Assembly (NCBI GenBank): GCA_963778655.1
Contig: CAVZVA010000008.1
Coordinates: 128,001 to 192,000, forward strand
From: an uncultured delta proteobacterium
Lineage (GTDB): Bacteria > Myxococcota_A > Polyangia > Polyangiales > JAFGIB01
Reading direction: 5' to 3'
DNA length: 64,000 nt
Shown here: piece after piece, positions 60,137-64,000 of the stretch
Numbering within the stretch: the stretch's first letter is position 1
Layout of the letters: every line of letters begins with the position of its first letter
The notes under the pieces: generated by a model
Database searches by the model: none
What the model saw: the letters and a program-made list of their open reading frames with translations, nothing else
What the model was told of the DNA's origin: nothing
Program-made: the position numbers and the translations under genes

Positions 60137-60244
60137 GGAGATGGGTCTCCCAGGGAGGCAAAGCGCCGGGCGTCAGGGGTGGGGACAGGTCTGCGTCCCA
60201 TGTGCTCCTGGATAACCAGGTACAATCGCAGCTAGAACGACGTC
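60137..60244. promoter_or_regulatory. Conserved bidirectional intergenic element, copy 3
   Basis: GGAGATGGGTCTCCCAG-N3-GGCAAAGCGCCGG-N11-GGGGACAG-N44-TAGAAC-N6-ATG. Confidence 0.75.
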
Positions 60245-61065
60245 ATGGTCAGAGCGAACAACTCACCGGTCGAGGTGCACAGGGAGGGGTTGCTTCTTGA
60301 AGGAGCGCTCGCGTCCGACGCGCTCGGCCACGGGTTGACTGCGCTAAGATCCTACGACTTCGCCGACAAGGGCCGCTTCTTCAGCGGAATGTTCGCGCTC
60401 ACGATTGGTTTGGAGCGCCTGCTCAAGCTGGTCTTCCTCATCAGCAAAGCGGAGGACAGCGGGCGTTTTCCCAACAACAAGGAGCTGAAGGACGTCGGCC
60501 ACGACGTCGGCTGCCTCATTACTCTTGCGCGCTCGATCAATGAAGACAAGTCGCTTGGCGCAGACACGACCAAAGTCGACGATGAGCTGTGCGCGGCCAT
60601 CATCGAGCTGTTCTCGAGGTTCGCGAAATACGCTCGCTACTACAACCTCGATTCCATGACGGGCTCTACCGGATCGGCAGATGAGGAACCACTTGCAGCC
60701 TGGCCGCGTCGTCGGCACGGAAGTCGTACGGCGTCACCACCGAAAGACAAGACAGCATCAGGATGCGATTGCGTTCGGCAATGCGCTCGCGGGCGTGCCA
60801 GGCATTGTCGTATCGCACGTGCTGGAGGATGGGACCCATGCCACCGACACCGGCGTCTTGGCTGCTGCCGCGGTCTCGATCGAGACCAAGCAGAAGTACT
60901 CAGTCTACTACAGCCTCTGCATTGTCGAGTTCTGCGTCGAGGTGCTTGAGGCGCTAGACCGCAGGCAGAATCCGCCAATCTACGTGAGCGAGTACTTTCG
61001 AATATTCAACACCCTGGATCTGCAAGGCAGTACTTCGCCGAAAGAGATGGAATCCGTTGCCGTGA
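60245..61065 (+). CDS. Hypothetical HEPN-like helical protein, antisense cargo gene (frameshifts near 60705 and 61025)
   Basis: [10 protein letters not shown]...GHD...L and RYYNLD; lower GC; the continuation lies in ORF 60681-61112. End inferred. Confidence 0.55.
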
Positions 61066-61074
61066 GGTCGTCGC

Positions 61075-61536
61075 CTACTGCACCAGCTCGAAGAAGTCGT
61101 AGGTCAGCGTGACCGACTCGATGACGTTCTCGTCGGCTTCGTTGTCCCAGTCGCCGGCGACGAACTTCACGGGCCAGGCGCGGGAGAGCGACCAGCGGCG
61201 CAGGGTGGTGCCGTCGCGGTCCTGCTGCACGATGTCGAGGTTGCGCTTGTAGAAGACGTCGGTGAGGCCGAGGCCGCTGGAGGTGATGGCGACGTCCTGG
61301 AACCAGTCGAAGAGGTCGCGGTCCTGGGTGGCGCCGCGCTCGAGGGTCACGTCGGCGAAGGTCAGCCGGCCGGGGCTCTTGTTGGGGATGAGCGAGCCGC
61401 CCTCGAAGTACTGGACGTTCGCGACCTCGACCGAGAGCTCGCAGCACTTCTGGAAGCCGGCGTGGCCGACGTCGTCGATCTCGACGATGAACTTGAACTT
61501 CTTGTGGAAGCTGCGTGGGTTGCCGATGATCGCCAT
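61075..61536 (-). CDS. Tail tube protein (T4 gp19-like)
   Basis: [40 protein letters not shown]. Confidence 0.92.
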   Translation of the reverse strand: MAIIGNPRSFHKKFKFIVEIDDVGHAGFQKCCELSVEVANVQYFEGGSLIPNKSPGRLTFADVTLERGATQDRDLFDWFQDVAITSSGLGLTDVFYKRNLDIVQQDRDGTTLRRWSLSRAWPVKFVAGDWDNEADENVIESVTLTYDFFELVQ

Positions 61537-61550
61537 GGTGTCCTCCTACG

Positions 61551-63774
<2,224 letters not shown>

Positions 63775-63777
63775 GGT

Positions 63778-64000
63778 CTACCTCGATCCTTTTCGTGTTT
63801 TCGTGCGCCGACCCTCGAAGACGCTGGTGCCTGTGCGGGTGGACTTGGTCTTGGGGACCACGCGCTCGACCCCGAGCTCGCCCGAGACGACCGCGCGCAC
63901 GACGTCGCCGATCTGCAAAATCGCCTCGGGCAGCTGGGCGCTTCGGCCTCCGGCAGGCAGCGTCAGCGATTGCGCCACGCGTCGACCGGTTCGTGCATCC
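63778..64000 (-). CDS. Small hypothetical protein upstream of the sheath (5' end probably outside the window)
   Basis: ORF ends next to the sheath RBS. Confidence 0.45.
   Translation of the reverse strand, partial: DARTGRRVAQSLTLPAGGRSAQLPEAILQIGDVVRAVVSGELGVERVVPKTKSTRTGTSVFEGRRTKTRKGSR

Overview
High-GC bacterial DNA, most likely Myxococcota/Polyangia (inferred from MYXO-CTERM-like and Cys-rich lipoproteins and from codon usage), in three blocks. (1) 1-28.2 kb is host chromosome. It holds a cluster of large secreted/surface proteins, then housekeeping genes (radical SAM, lepB, miaE, tsaB, yajQ, a degenerate glgA, purE, a parvulin PPIase) and ends in tRNA-Asn(GTT). The cluster includes an 1839-aa beta-integrin-like vWA lipoprotein that appears to carry seven PPC-like domains nested one inside another. 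(2) About 28.4-42.7 kb is a compositionally distinct potassium-homeostasis island: kdpFABC, a split KdpD, a HAMP histidine kinase with a sigma54 activator in place of KdpE, a CBS protein, an outer-membrane beta-barrel and a tandem-RCK TrkA. Every transcription unit of the island that I checked carries a sigma54 -24/-12 motif. (3) 42.7-64 kb is a minus-strand contractile-tail module (sheath, tube, chaperone, tape measure, LysM, hub, spike, gp25, baseplate J, fibre, amidase, holin) that continues beyond the window. It contains a three-copy promoter-like motif, and two copies form length-identical bidirectional elements that each face an unrelated antisense cargo gene. Many genes after the tRNA are frameshifted, probably through assembly indels. 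All calls come from reading the sequence; no database searches were run.
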